Source: an uncultured Actinomycetota bacterium (GTDB lineage Bacteria > Actinomycetota > Actinomycetes > JACCUZ01). From it: a stretch of 64,000 bases of DNA. The translations under genes were made by a program, and so were the position numbers. The notes below the pieces were generated by a model. The model had not been told where the DNA came from, ran no database searches, and saw only the letters and a list, made by a program, of their open reading frames with translations. Where the stretch lies: assembly GCA_963846525.1 (NCBI GenBank), contig CAWJWE010000009.1:1061-65060 (forward strand), written 5' to 3'. The first letter of the stretch is position 1. Each line of letters begins with the position of its first letter. Positions 10,958 through 22,679 of this stretch are shown one piece after another.

Positions 10958-12301
10958 CTTTCTTCGCGGTCGGTCGTGGTGGCCGGCTCCGCCGAGCTGG
11001 CGGGAGGCACGGAGGGCGAGGAACACGAGGACGAACGGGCAGGACCTGCACCCGCTGCCGGGTGAGGATCCCGAAGTTCCCGAAGTTGGAGAACGCGTAG
11101 ACGAAGACGAGCGTGTAGAGGATGCAGAAGATCAGGTACGGCTGCTTGCGGAGCCGCCGGGGAGCTGGAGCAGCGACGCGCCGCGGCAGCGCCAGGCCAG
11201 CCCGAGCAGCAGCGTCCCCTCGAGGGCGGCGAGCAGCATCTGCGGGTTGTGGCCTCCAAGAGCAAGGGCCGGAACACGACCGTGAACGCGGCCAGCGGCA
11301 TGTCCAGCGGCCCGTGCACCGGCTCGGCCTGAACGTCGAGCCGCCCTCGTCGGTGCGCTCCTGGGTGCTCGGAGATGCACCTGGTCGACGACTGCGACGT
11401 CGACCTCGTCGACCCCGAGGAACGTGGCGGCCGCTGGACGACGCGACCAGCGCTGACCACGCCGAGCACGGCGATCGCCGGCCACCTTCGCGAGCGGGGT
11501 GAGCAGCGGTCGCCCGGGCCCGGCCGGCGCGGAGGAGGTAGCCGGCGAAGGCGCCGCGAACAGGATCGCCGTGATGTGCGGCCGGACGGCGGCGCACCCG
11601 GCCAGGCCGAGGGCGAGGACCGCGAAGCCGAACCGACGGCGGGTGTAGAGCCGGGCGACGCCGTAGGCGGTCAGGCCGATGCCAGCAGGCATGCAGGCCT
11701 CCTTGCCGAGCCCGGACGGCCAGAACAGCATCGAGGCGGAGCAGGAAGATCAGCGGCGCGTAGCGCCAGTGGTTGCCCTCGGGGACGGCAGCGCACGAAC
11801 GCGCGGTAGCAGAAGTAGGTGCCCCAGAAGCCGAGCACGCGAGAAGACCAGGAAGCCGCCGACCAGCGTCGGCCCGGTGACGGCGTAGACGCGCCGGTGA
11901 GCGACTCCATGAAGCCGGTGCCGATGACTCCGGCCGATCTCGACGTCGAAGTCGACCGTGCCGGAATGCTCGGCGAAGCCGCGCCCGCCTCGTAGGTGGA
12001 CGGCGTCAGCGGAGCCGCCGTAGAGGACGAAGGCCACGACGTACCGCGGGACCGCGGCGACGGCAGCTTCAGGGCGAAGCCGAGCACGAGCAGCTGCCGC
12101 GAACCGCGGGTCGGCCTCGCGGCGCACGGCCGCCCGCAGCAGCGGGACGTTGAGCCAGCACGAGCAGCGGGCCGATCACGAACGCGCCCCACACGTCGTA
12201 GCTCCAGTGTGCGACACGACCACGACATCGCGCCAGAGGTAGCCGACGACGAGGACGAGGCACGGCTGCGACTCCGTGGCGGGGAAGCGGAGGGAGCGGT
12301 G
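10958..12301 (-). CDS. Multi-pass membrane protein, probable polysaccharide polymerase-like (frameshifted)
   Basis: MLFWPSGLGKEA..GIGLTAYGVARLYTRRRFGFAVLALGLAGCAAVRPHITAILFAA; LIFCILYTLVFVYAFSNFGNFGILTRQRVQ; position inside glycan operon. Confidence 0.6.
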
Positions 12302-12305
12302 CATC

Positions 12306-13370
12306 AGAAGACCTCCAGGTCGCCGAGCGTGAGCGCGCCAGGACGCGGCGTCGGGGACGTCGACCGGGCAGTCGGACGCAGCGGCAGCGTGGTGGCGTCA
12401 GCCCGATGCCGCGCGCGGTCGTCACGTAACCCGCACGGCACAGGGCCGCCGCGTGACGCGGTCGAGCTGGGCAGGTGGGTCGGCGACGTGGTCGACGCCC
12501 GCCCTGCGCGGCGGCCCGCAGCACGCGGCGGGCGGTCGGCGGTCGCCCCGGCCGATCAGGACCTCGGCCAGGGTCAGCTCGGCGAGCCCGCCCCGCGGCC
12601 GGACCCGGCCGATCCCCAGGCCCGACCAGCCGTCGCCGTCGCGGACCACCGGACCGCGCGGTAGTCGAGACCCGGGGCTGTCGCGTAGCGCCAGCGCAGG
12701 TAGCCGAGGCTGCGGCGGTGACAGTCGCGCGGAGTCGGGACGTGCTCGCCCGGTCGGTGAGCAGCCGGGCGACGTCGTCGCGCAGGTCGTCGAGCACCTC
12801 GGCGACCGCGGGCAGCCGGTGGCAGCTGCTCGCAGCGACCCGCGAGTCGGCCGCGGCGCCGAGACGCGGCGCGAGCGCCGCCGCGCCAACCGCAGCGGGC
12901 GGACCGGGCGAGAAGGACGGTCGGCACGACGCCCACCACGCTGCCAGCCCATCTTGAGGTAGCCGGGGCGGCTGTCGGCGTTCGGCGTGTTGAAGATCAG
13001 GTCCGTGTCCTCGCGGGCCGAGATCGAGAGCGGCCAGCGTGAGCGACGGAAGATGCCCGGCCGCGGTAGTCGGGGTGGGTCGCGGTGTCGACCATCCGAA
13101 CCGCCCGGACGCGTGCCGTCGACCGGCCGGAACGCCCAGCGCATGACGAGACGGACGCCCGACCATCCGTCGCCGTCGTCGGCGACCAGCGCCGAGATGC
13201 GGTCCGAACGGGTTGTCGACGTGCTTCCAGCGGAGGAAGGCAGCGGTCCGCTCGCCGGTCGGCCCGCCGGCCAGCGACGCCGGAGCAGGTCGAGGACGGC
13301 CGGCGCGTCGTCGTCCCCGAGAGCGGCGAGGTGAGTGACCGGTGGTCAGCTGGTCCGCGATGCCCTCACT
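12306..13370 (-). CDS. GNAT family N-acetyltransferase-like protein (frameshifted)
   Basis: ERTAAFLRWKHVDNPFGP, DLIFNTPNADSRPGYLKMGWQ, YLRWRYATAPGLDYRAV. Confidence 0.7.
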
Positions 13371-13374
13371 GCGC

Positions 13375-14496
13375 CGAGCACCAGGTCGTAGATGCGACTC
13401 GAGCCGTCGGACCGCGGATCCCGAAGTCGACGAGCGCGCCCGGCGACGGCGTCGGCGCAGTCGGCTCCGCCGCTCGGCGTCGGCGAGGACCAGGCCAGTC
13501 GCCCCGGCCAGCGCGGCCCGGGTCAGCGGGCGGGACCATGGAGTCCGGCCCTGGACCCTGCGAGCACCTCCGGGATCCCGCCGACCCGGGTCGCGACGGC
13601 CGGGACCCCGGCGGCCAGCGCCTCCACCAGGGCGATCGAGAGGCCCTCGAATCGCGAGGCTGAGAGCACGAAGATGTCGAAGGCCGGGAAGCAGGTCGGG
13701 CGCGTCGTCCCGCATGCCGGGGAGCCGTGACCGCGTCCTCGAGGCCGGCCTCGCGGACCCAGCGCTGCGCAGCTGCTGCTCGAGCGGCCCGCTGCCGATC
13801 GACGCACAGCCGGGCGTCGGGCATCGATGCCGCGGACGCCGGCGAAGGCCCGGAGCACGTGCCTGGTGGTCCTTCTTGGCGGTCAGGTTGCCGACGGTGC
13901 CGAGCGACTGGCACTCGCCGGGGCAGCCCGAGGGCCGCGCGCGCCGATGGCGCGCGCCTCGGCCCGGGCGCGGAGCTGTCGAGGTCGATGCCGTGGAGGA
14001 TCACCTCGACCGGGTCGGCGCCGCAGCGCCGGGACCGGAACTGCGCGGGATCGCTGTCGGCCACCGCGCGGCTGACGGCGATCACCGCTCGTTGCGGCCG
14101 GTAGGTCAGGGCGTTCGGCCCAGTACGTCGGCGGCGGTAGCGGTCCCAGATGTTGTGCTCGGTGTGCACGAGCTTGACCGGCCCCCGCGGCGCGACCAGC
14201 CGGGCGGCGGCGGCCGACAGCGGGCGTGGGTGTGCACGAGTGTCGTAGCCGCCGTCGGCCAGCAGGCGGCGCAGCCGGAGCACCCAGCGGGGTCGAAGTC
14301 GCGGCGCGGCCTGCAGGCAGTGCACCGCACGCCGGCGCTCCGCCAGCCGGTCGACGAATGCGTTCTTCCGCGGCAGCAGGTAGGCGACCTCGACGTCGAG
14401 AACGGCCCCGCGTCCAGGTGGGCGGCAGCGTCGCAGCAGGCGCTCCGCGCCGCCGCGTCCCAGGCCCTTGGTGAGCCACAGGACGCGGCTGCTCAT
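13375..14496 (-). CDS. Glycosyltransferase family 4 (frameshifted)
   Basis: MSSRVLWLTKGLGRGGAERLL, VKLVHTEHNIWDRYRR, RAVIAVSRAVADSD, DIFVLSASRFEGLSIALVEALAAGVPAVATRVGGIPEVL. Confidence 0.9.
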
Positions 14497-15492
14497 CGGC
14501 TGCCTCGCCGAGTGGAGCTCGCTGACGGCGTCTGCAGTCGCTGCCGGGGGCTTCGTGCCGCTGAGCCGAGGCGAGCGCGGGTTGGGGCGGCCAAGGCGTC
14601 CACAGGAACCGCGAGCGCGCTCGATCGGGACGGCAGCACCCGGCTGGCGAGCGCGCGTGCCGTCTCGCTGGCGCGGTGCTCCTGGTAGAGCGCGAGGTCG
14701 CGGCGCTCCCGCTCGTCGGCCGGTAGCGCTCGGCCCAGGCCGAGAGGGCCGGCACGTCAGCGATCTGGAGCCGTGCCACGCCATGGCGACGGCGGTGGCG
14801 AGCGACGGCCTCGCCGGCCGCTGCGCGAGCGTCCCGGACAGCGGTCGACGTCGAGCTCGCGGGTGCAGCGCCAGCTGGGCGATGTCGCGCAGCGTCGGCC
14901 AGGACGCGACGGTGTCCCCGAGCAGCGGCGCTGAACGCGGCGTTGAGCAGCCGCAGCTCGCGGCCAGCGCGTGACGGCGCGGTCGCCCACCACGAAGGTC
15001 TGCGACGACGCCACAGGTCGTCCAGGTCGAGGCGGATGCCGAACGGCCGAGTGGCGAAGGTCCGGTGCAGGTCGAGCTCGAGGCCGTCGCTGGTCCGGAA
15101 GGTGATCCCTTGGCCGAACCGCCGGTCGCAGCCGGGGCGGGGCTCGGGGTAGACGGCGCGTGGCAGCCCGTGCCGCCAGGAACTGCGACGGCCAGGTCGA
15201 AGTCTGCCGGGGCGGACCAGGAGGTCGATGTCGCCGAGCGTGCGCAACTCGGGCGCCGGGTAGTCGAGGTGGGCGACGCGCGGCCCCTTGAGCACGCGAC
15301 GTCGGGATGTCGGCTGGCGGTCGAACAGGTCGACCACCGTCGAGCAGCAGGTCCTCGAGAACCAGGGCGCCGGCCATGGCACTGCACGTGGTCGGACGAC
15401 GAGCGCGTCCGCGCTGCTCCGTCGGTCACCGGCATCGACGCCTGGCGTACGGCGGCCAGCAGCAGCCCGGTGAGCCGCTGCTCGACGGACAT
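14490..15492 (-). CDS. Nucleotidyltransferase family protein (NTP_transf_5-like, frameshifted)
   Basis: Pieces ...ELRTLGDIDLLVRPGRL, GQGITFRTSDGLELDLHRTFATRPFGIRLDLDDLW typical of the uncharacterised nucleotidyltransferase family. Confidence 0.75.
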
Positions 15493-15594
15493 CGCGCGCG
15501 CAACGTGGCCCAGGCCGAGGTCGTCCTGCGGCCGCTCGGCACGGCAGGGAACTCGGTGCCGGCCAGCCCGTAGCGCGGCCACCGACCGCGAGAG

Positions 15595-15935
15595 TCAGCT
15601 CGACGGTGGTACGGTCACGCGGCGGTCCGGCTGCACCTCGACCGCACCTCGCACGGCGAGCTCGTCGAGGACCGGCTCGATCGCGGCCCGGACGGTCGTC
15701 CTGGCTCGATCCCGTAGTCGGCCGCCAGGCTCGCGGCGCACTCGTCGGCCGACCGGGGCGGTCGCCAGCAGCGTGCCAGAGCGCCGCTCCGGAGCCGGCC
15801 AGCTCGAGCAGGCTGCTGTCTCCTCCGCGGACGAGCAGCGAGCAACGACCCGCCCGTGGCGCGCGACCAGGACGCCGGGCGGAGCGCTGGTAGACGGCGT
15901 CGCGATCGGGTGCGGCGCGTCACAGCGTCACCACC
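15595..15935 (-). CDS. PqqD family protein (frameshifted)
   Basis: Adjacent frames give RPGVLVARHG...LLELAGSGAALWHA...RSADECAASLAADYGIEP...VLDELAVRG; PqqD-like. Confidence 0.6.
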
Positions 15936-17230
15936 GGTCGTCGGTGCGACGCTCGCGAGCGCGTTGCGCGCGTCGAAGACCAGCGGCGCGCGCTTGACGC
16001 ACGTCGTCGCAGGTCGAACGGCGTCGTGCGGGGTGAGCAGCGCGACGCAGTCGACCGAGCCCGAGTAGGCGCGTCGGTCGAGCACGGCAGACGTGAGGTC
16101 CAGGCCGTGCTCGCTCGACCGCGGCGACGAACGGGTCGTGGAAGCTGACCTCGGCCCCGCGCCGTCGCAGGTGCGCGAGCACCTCGATCGGCGGCCGACT
16201 CGCGCACGTCGCCGACGTTGGGCTTGTAGGTCACGCCGAGGCCGAGCACGCGGGCGCCGCGTGATCGTGACACCGCCGGTCGTTGAGGGCGTCGATGATC
16301 CGCGGCGCGACGTAGGTCGGCATCTGGGCGTTGATGTCCTGGGCGAGTCTCGACCAGCCGGAACGGCCGACCGGTGTCCCGGCGGGACTGCCAGGCGAGG
16401 TAGGTCGGGTCGAGCGGGATGCAGTGGCCGCCGACGCCGGGGCCGGGGTAGAACGGCATGAACCCGAACGGCTTGGTGGCCGCGGCCTGGATGACCTCCC
16501 AGACGTCGATGCCCTGCGTCGGCGCACAGCGTCGCCAGCTCGTTGACCAGGGCGATGTTGACCATGCGGAAGGTGTTCTCGAGCAGCTTGGCCATCTCGG
16601 CGGCCCGGCAGCACGACGAGCTCCTCGACCTCGTCGACGACCGCGGCGGTAGAAGGCGCGCGGCCAGCTCGGTGGAGTCCGTCGTCGATGCCGCCGACGA
16701 TCGCGCGGCGTGTTGCGCAGGCCGTACTTCGGGTTGCCCGGGTCGATCCGCTCGGGCGAGTAGGCGAGCACGAAGTCGGTGCCGGCGCGCAAGCCCGTGC
16801 GGCCTCGAGCAGCGGGCGCAGGACCTGCTCGGTCGTGCCGGGGTAGGTCGTGGACTCCAGCACGACGAGGGTGCCCGGCCGCAGGTGCGGCGGCGACGGC
16901 GCGGCCGGCGCCCTCGACGAAGGACAGGTCGGGTCGGTGGTCGACGACCGGGGTCGGCACGCAGATCAGCACGACGTGCGGCCTCGGCGACGACCGCGGG
17001 GTCGGTGCTGAAGCGCAGGCGGCCGGTCTGCACGGCCTCGTCGAACAGCGCGTCGTCGACGCCGGGCACGACGTTGCGCCCGGCGGCGAGCGCGCTGACC
17101 CGGTCGTCGTCGCGTCGACGCCGCTGACCGTCATGCCGGCGATGGCCGCGCCGGCCGCGACGGACAGCCCGACGTAGCCCTGCCCCACGACGCACGACGG
17201 TGCAGTCCGACCGCGCTGATGCGCTGCCGC
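15920..17230 (-). CDS. Nucleotide-sugar dehydrogenase (UDP-glucose/GDP-mannose dehydrogenase family), frameshifted
   Basis: GQGYVGLSVAAGAAIAGMTVSGVD, TDFVLAYSPERIDPGNPKYG, PFYPGPGVGGHCIPLDPTYLAWQ, VLGLGVTYKPNVGDVRESA. Confidence 0.93.
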   Translation of the reverse strand, partial: AAAHQRGRTAPSCVVGQGYVGLSVAAGAAIAGMTVSGVDATTTGSARSPPGATSCPASTTRCSTRPCRPAACASAPTPRSSPRPHVVLICVPTPVVDHRPDLSFVEGAGRAVAAAPAAGHPRRAGVHDLPRHDRAGPAPAARGRTGLRAGTDFVLAYSPERIDPGNPKYGLRNTPRDRRRHRRRTPPSWPRAFYRRGRRRGRGARRAAGPPRWPSCSRTPSAWSTSPWSTSWRRCAPTQGIDVWEVIQAAATKPFGFMPFYPGPGVGGHCIPLDPTYLAWQSRRDTGRPFRLVETRPGHQRPDADLRRAADHRRPQRPAVSRSRGARVLGLGVTYKPNVGDVRESAADRGARAPATARGRGQLPRPVRRRGRASTAWTSRLPCSTDAPTRARSTASRCSPRTTPFDLRRRASSARRWSSTRATRSRASHRRPVVTL

Positions 17231-17244
17231 GAGCTGCGGCGCTG

Positions 17245-18934
17245 CCGTTCACTTCTTCCCCCTGTGGTGCTTGGCCGAACCGGTGGCCGGACGCAGTGCC
17301 GACGCTGCGTCCGGCCGGTCGCCGCGGCGCTGCGCGTTCTCGCCGTCGGAAGTAGGACGGCCCCGGCGTCGCGGCTCGCGACCAGGACGGCGCCGAGGCA
17401 CCGGGGACGCGCAGCTGGCCGAGCAGGCTCGGCCAGCCGCTCCGCGTCGCCGCGGCCGGTCCGGCCCTCGCGCACCACCGACCACGCGTGTCGACCAGCG
17501 GCATGAGGTCGACCGCGTCGTTCGCGACGAGTGCCGGCGGCGCGTCCACCAGGACGACGTCGGCGAGTGCCCGGGCCTCGCTCGACCAGCGGCCCATCGG
17601 GCCCAGCAGGGCGCCCGGGTGCTCGGTCGAGGTCCCGGCCGGTGACCAGCCGCACGGCCGGGAATGCCGGTGGGCTGCAGCACGGACGCGAGCGGGCGAC
17701 CTCCGGTCGGCGGCGAGCAGGTCGCAGAGGCCGCGGCCGGCCGGGGACCCCGAGGAAGAGGTGCGCCTCCGGGTGCCGGAAGTCGCAGTCCAGCACGATC
17801 ACGCGTGCGCCCGGACTCGGCGAGGGTGCTGGCCAGGTTGACCAGGCTGGTCGTCTTGCCCTCCCGCGCGTTCGCCGGACACGAACAGCAGCACCCGCGG
17901 GTCGCGCACGGCGCCGGCGCCGTCGTCCTCCGGGTGACGGCTCCGTACAGGTCGCGCCGCGCCAGCGGCCGGCTCGGGCAGCAGCTGCACCGCGGCCCGG
18001 AGAGATCGGTAAGCTCTCGGCGACGCCGCTGCAGCGGGTCGACGGCCGCAGTCACCTCGTGCCTGCCGCGGACCCGGTGGGGGAGCGAGGGGACGCTGGC
18101 CACGACCGGGAGCCGAGCGCCGACTCGGTGGCGGCGCGACCGCGCAGCCGGGTGTCGAACCGCTCGACGGCGAGAGCGAGCGCCGCGCCGAGCCCGAGCC
18201 CGACGAGCACCAGCAGGATGAAGCGCTTCCACCGGTCGGTCGGCCCGCTGGCGACCGGGCCGCTTGTCCTTGCTCAGCACCGGTACGGCGGTCGCCGGCT
18301 GGAGCACGTCGAGGTCGAAGCCTGCGGTGGCACTGCTGACCTGCAGTGCGGTGATCGCCTGCTGGACGGCAGTCATGGCGTTCTCGAGCGCCGCCCGCTG
18401 GGCGACTCGCGGCTCGTCGACCCCGTCGATGGTCGACCTTGCGGTTCCGGTACCGGCTGAGGACGTCCTCGAGGAGAGTGATCTGTCCGGTCGATGTCGC
18501 TCTGCGCGCGCTTCCGCAGGAACTGGATCAGGGCGTCGCGAACGCATCGGCCGATCGCGGCGGCCTGGGCGGCGTCCGTGTCGGAGGCGACGATGCCGAT
18601 CGTTCCGGTCTGCGTCGTCGAGGCTGACGTTCACCCGCTGGCCGAGCAGGTTGGGGTCGCCGTCGAAGCTCAAGCGCTTCGCCGCCGCCTTCGGCACGTC
18701 CCCGCTGGAGACGAAGACGGGCAGCGTGGTCAGCGGCACGGTCGCCGCGTCGGAGGTGGTCTGCGAGCAGCGTGGTGGTGGCCTTGTAGCCGCGTGACGA
18801 TCGCTGTCGGGACCTGCAGGCCTCCGCTCGGCGCCGGCGGCAGGGTCACGATCGCGGCGACCAGGGCCACGAGTCCGGCGGCGGCGATCAGCGCCACCGT
18901 CGCCGAATGATCTCAGGTAGTCGAGCGGATCCAC
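17245..18934 (-). CDS. Polysaccharide biosynthesis tyrosine autokinase (Wzz/Cps ATPase type), frameshifted
   Basis: [10 protein letters not shown].. N-terminus; [22 protein letters not shown] Walker A; membrane segments between. Confidence 0.88.
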
Positions 18935-20879
18935 TGCTCACCCTGGATGTCGGTCGACCCGCCGCCGCAGGTCGAGGTGCACGGGATGCGGTGCGGCCGT
19001 CGGCGTGGGCCGCCATGCGCGAAGACGTCGGACCGGACCCGCGCGCGTCGTCGCCGCGGACCGCGGCCTCGACCATCTCCTCCAGCAGCGAGCAGTCGAA
19101 GTCCGCGACGGCGTCGTCCCGGCGCAGCGCGACGATCGACGGGTGGGCGGTCGGCGTCGGGCAGCTCGTCGCGTGGTCCGCAGCTCCTCGGCGAGCTTCT
19201 CGCCGGGCCGGATGCCGGTGACCCGGATCTCGATGTCGGTGCCGAGCCGGTAGCCGGACAGCCGGATCATGCGCTCGGCCAGGTCGAGGATGCGCACCGG
19301 CTCGCCCATCTCGAGCATGAAGATCTCGCCGCCCGTCGGACAGGGCGGCCGCCTGCAGCACGAGCTGCACGGCCTCCGGGATGCTCATGAAGTAGCGGGT
19401 CATCCGGGCGTCGGTGACGGTGACCGGGCCGCCGGCTCGATCTGCCGGACGAAGGTCGGGATCACGCTGCCCCGGCTGCCGAGCACGTTGCCGAAGCGGA
19501 CGGCGCAGTAGCGCCGTCTCGGACGCGCCGGCGGACGAGCGTCATCTGCTCGCCGAGCCGCTTCGACGCGCCCATCACGCTGGTCGGCTCGCACCGCCTT
19601 GTCGGTGGAGATGAACACGAACCGCTCGACGCCGCCGCCGACGGCGGCGTCGACGACGTTCGCGGTGCCGAGCACGTTGGTGTGCACCGCCTCGCACGGG
19701 TGCGCCTCGAGCAGCGGCACGTGCTTGTGGGCCGCGGCGTGGAAGACGATCTCGGGGCGGTGCTGCAGCGAACAGCCGGTCGACGCGCTCGCGGTCGCGG
19801 ATGTCGGCGAGCAGCTGCGATGCCGGGCCGTCGTCGAGCGTGCCGAGCGGTGTCGTGCAGGTGGGTCTCGTCGTGGTCGAGCAGGAGCAGCTGCGCCGGG
19901 CCGAAGCCGGCGACCTGGCGGGCGATCTCGGAGCCGATCGAGCCGCCGGCGCCGGTGATCAGCACGCGCCGGCCCTGCGAGCAGGCCGCGCACCGCGTCG
20001 AGGTCGGTCTCGACCTGCTTGCGGCCGAGCAGGTCGTCGATGCGGAGGTCGCGGACGTCGCGCGGTCTGACCCGGCCGCCGACGATCTCCTGCGACCGGC
20101 GGCAGCACCCGCAGCGGCGACGCCGGCCTCGTCGCGCGAGGTCGGCCGCCCGGCGGACCGTCGTCGGGTGACGCGGTGGGCACGGCGAGGATCGCCTGGT
20201 GCAGCGTCGTGCTTGCGGCACGACGCGCCGGCAGGTCGTCGAAGGCGCCGGCGACCCGGACGCCGCGGCAGACGCGGCCGTGCTTGCGCGGGTCGTCGTC
20301 GAGCATGCACGACCGGCACGAGCCCGCCGCGGGGTCGCGGAGCATGTCGCGGACCAGCTCGGCCGCCGGCCTCGCCGGCGCCGAGGACGGCGACGCGCGA
20401 GCCCGGTGCGGCTCGTCTGTCGCGGCGGTTGAACGCGAACAGGCGGGACTGGAACCGGATGGCCCCGAGCAGCATGGTGACCGCCAGCGGCGCCGAGGAC
20501 GCTCACCGAGAGCGGGAACGGCCGGTCCGACAGCGAGCGAGCGCCACGGTCACCAGGACGGCGGACGTGAAGCCGGCCGAGCAGCACCCGGCGGGCCTCG
20601 GCGATGCTGGCGTGCCGCCAGATCTGCGCGTAGAGCCCGGAGCCCCACGCCGTCGACCAGCGTGATCGCCACCGCGACCGGGAGGAAGTGCAGCAGGTCC
20701 GACCCACTGGTCGGTCGAGGCCGCGCCCCGCGGTGCGCAGCACCATGACGAAGCAGTAGCCGCCGGCGATCAGGATCGCGTCCAGCGCTGCGGCAGCGGC
20801 CTCGACGCGCACCCGGCCGCAGCCCGGGCGGCGCAGCCCCGCCCACGTCCTCGACCGAGAGATCGTGCGCGGTCCGTCA
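18915..20879 (-). CDS. CapD/FlaA1-like nucleoside-diphosphate sugar epimerase/dehydratase (frameshifted)
   Basis: [101 protein letters not shown]. Confidence 0.94.
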
Positions 20880-21099
20880 TGTCGCGCACGTACGTCTGCG
20901 GTGCACACTGCGTGCCCGCCGCATGTTCCCCACGTTGTCCTCGGCCCCCACCCGGACGGTCCATCGACCCGCCGTTTGCCAGCGCCATCGCAGACAGGAC
21001 GAACCGGGTCGAAGGCAACCGGATCTCAGCGAAATACGCCAGTGAGCCGGCCGGTGACCACGTAGCGTAGTCCGCACGCCGCGATGGCGTAGTCACGCT

Positions 21100-21410
21100 C
21101 GGTGACGAGACCTCAGCGCACCCGGTCGGCTGATCAGGCCGGCCGAGAGCAGCTCGGTCGAGGGCGTCGAGGACGTCGCGCTCGAGCTGGTCGGCCGGGT
21201 GGCGGCGAACAGCGACCGATGCGGCGCCGACCATCTCGCGAGACGCTCGTGCCGCCGTCGCAGAGCTCCCAGAGCGCGAAGGCCGTGTCGTTGAGGACGA
21301 AGGTGGTCGTTGCTCCGCTCGACGACGACCTCGGCCAGTCGGCGCCGTCGTGGTGCACGAGACCGTCGGCGCGTCGGGGACGACTGTCAGGCAGCGATGG
21401 TCATGGCAGG
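21100..21410 (-). CDS. PqqD family protein (frameshifted)
   Basis: TTTFVLNDTAFALWELCDGGTSVxEMV..PADQLERDVLDALD; PqqD-like core. Confidence 0.6.
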
Positions 21411-21423
21411 CTCCCGTGGTCCG

Positions 21424-22080
21424 GCGTCAGCCGGTGCGCCGTAGCTCGTGGGCGAAGCGGGCCGCTTCGATCCGCGAGTGCACCTCGAGCTTGGTGAGGA
21501 CGTTCTGGATGTGCGTCCGTGCGGTCTGCGGGCTGATCACCAGCGTGCGCGGCGATGTCGTCCGGTCGCTGGCCCTGGGCGATCAGCCCGAGGATCTCCC
21601 GCTCGCGCCGGGTCAGCCGGTCGAAGCGCGGAATGGCGTCGTCGTCGCGCCGCTTGCGTTGGATGAGGCGCCGAGCAGGCCGCCGAGCATTCGTCGCGGG
21701 ACCACCGCCTCGCCCCGCCGCACGGCGTCGAGGGCGGGTCATCAGCTCGGCGACGCCGATCGCCTTGGTCTGGAAGCCGGCGGCGCCCGCCTCGAGGCAG
21801 CCGGTCAGCACCTCGACGTCCGCATCGGCGTGCAGCACCAGGACCGGGCGGTGGTCTGCCCGATCAGCCTCCGCGCACCACTCCGTGACGCCGGTCGCCG
21901 GTCAGGCCCGGCGTCGAGGACGACCACGTCGAAGGCTCCCTCGGCGACATCGGCACGGCGTCGCGCTCGCGGCGGGCGGTGACCTGGTCGTGCGGGTCCG
22001 GCTGGTCGGACAGGCAGACGCTCGAGGGAGCAGCGTAGCCAGTCGGTCGGCGCTCACCAGCAGCACGTCGGTTCGCTCAT
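21424..22080 (-). CDS. LuxR-type response regulator-like protein (frameshifted)
   Basis: RLTRREREILGLIAQGQ...VISPQTVRTHIQNVLTKLEVHSRIEAARFAHELR across frames; receiver-like N-terminal part. Confidence 0.75.
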
Positions 22081-22673
22081 CGCCGGCACTCGTCTCGAGG
22101 CGCCATGGCCGCCGCTGCCGGGCGATGGCCACCGCCGCGGCCGGCTGCTGACACGTCGAGCTTGCCGAAGATGTTCTGCACGTGGGTCCGCACCGTGTGC
22201 GCGAGATGCCCAGGTGCGGCGCCGATCTCGTCGTTGCGCCGGCCCATGGCGACCCGTTCCAACACGGCCTGCTCGCGGCCGGAGAGCCGACGGACCGCCC
22301 GCCGGGCGTGTGCCGCGGGGCTGTCCGGGACGGCGGACGCGGGCGAGGTCGCCGGTGACCTGCCGGCCAGCGCGTCGGTCACGGCCCGCTCGATGACGTC
22401 GAACCCGACGGCGGAGCCGAGGACGACGGATGCCCGCCGCTCGATGCGGGAGTCGTGACCGTCGCTCCTGGTGAGCAGGACTAGCGGTAGGCGGTCGTCA
22501 CGGTCGACCGTGGCCAGCAGGTGGGCCGCGTCGCCGTGCACGAGGACGAGCGTCGGCACATCGGCGTCGGGGGAGGTGGCGGCGCTGATGCCGCGGGCAC
22601 GCAGCGCGGCCGCCAGCGCGTCGGCTCTCAGGCGCTGGACATCTAGCACGATGACGTGCGGTCCCCCGTTCAT
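22077..22673 (-). CDS. LuxR C-terminal domain regulator
   Basis: MNGGPHVIVLDVQRLRADALAAALRARGIS... RRLSGREQAVLERVAMGRRNDEIGAAPGHLAHTVRTHVQNIFGKLDVS. Confidence 0.75.
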   Translation of the reverse strand: MNGGPHVIVLDVQRLRADALAAALRARGISAATSPDADVPTLVLVHGDAAHLLATVDRDDRLPLVLLTRSDGHDSRIERRASVVLGSAVGFDVIERAVTDALAGRSPATSPASAVPDSPAAHARRAVRRLSGREQAVLERVAMGRRNDEIGAAPGHLAHTVRTHVQNIFGKLDVSAAGRGGGHRPAAAAMAPRDECRR

Positions 22674-22679
22674 AGCGGC

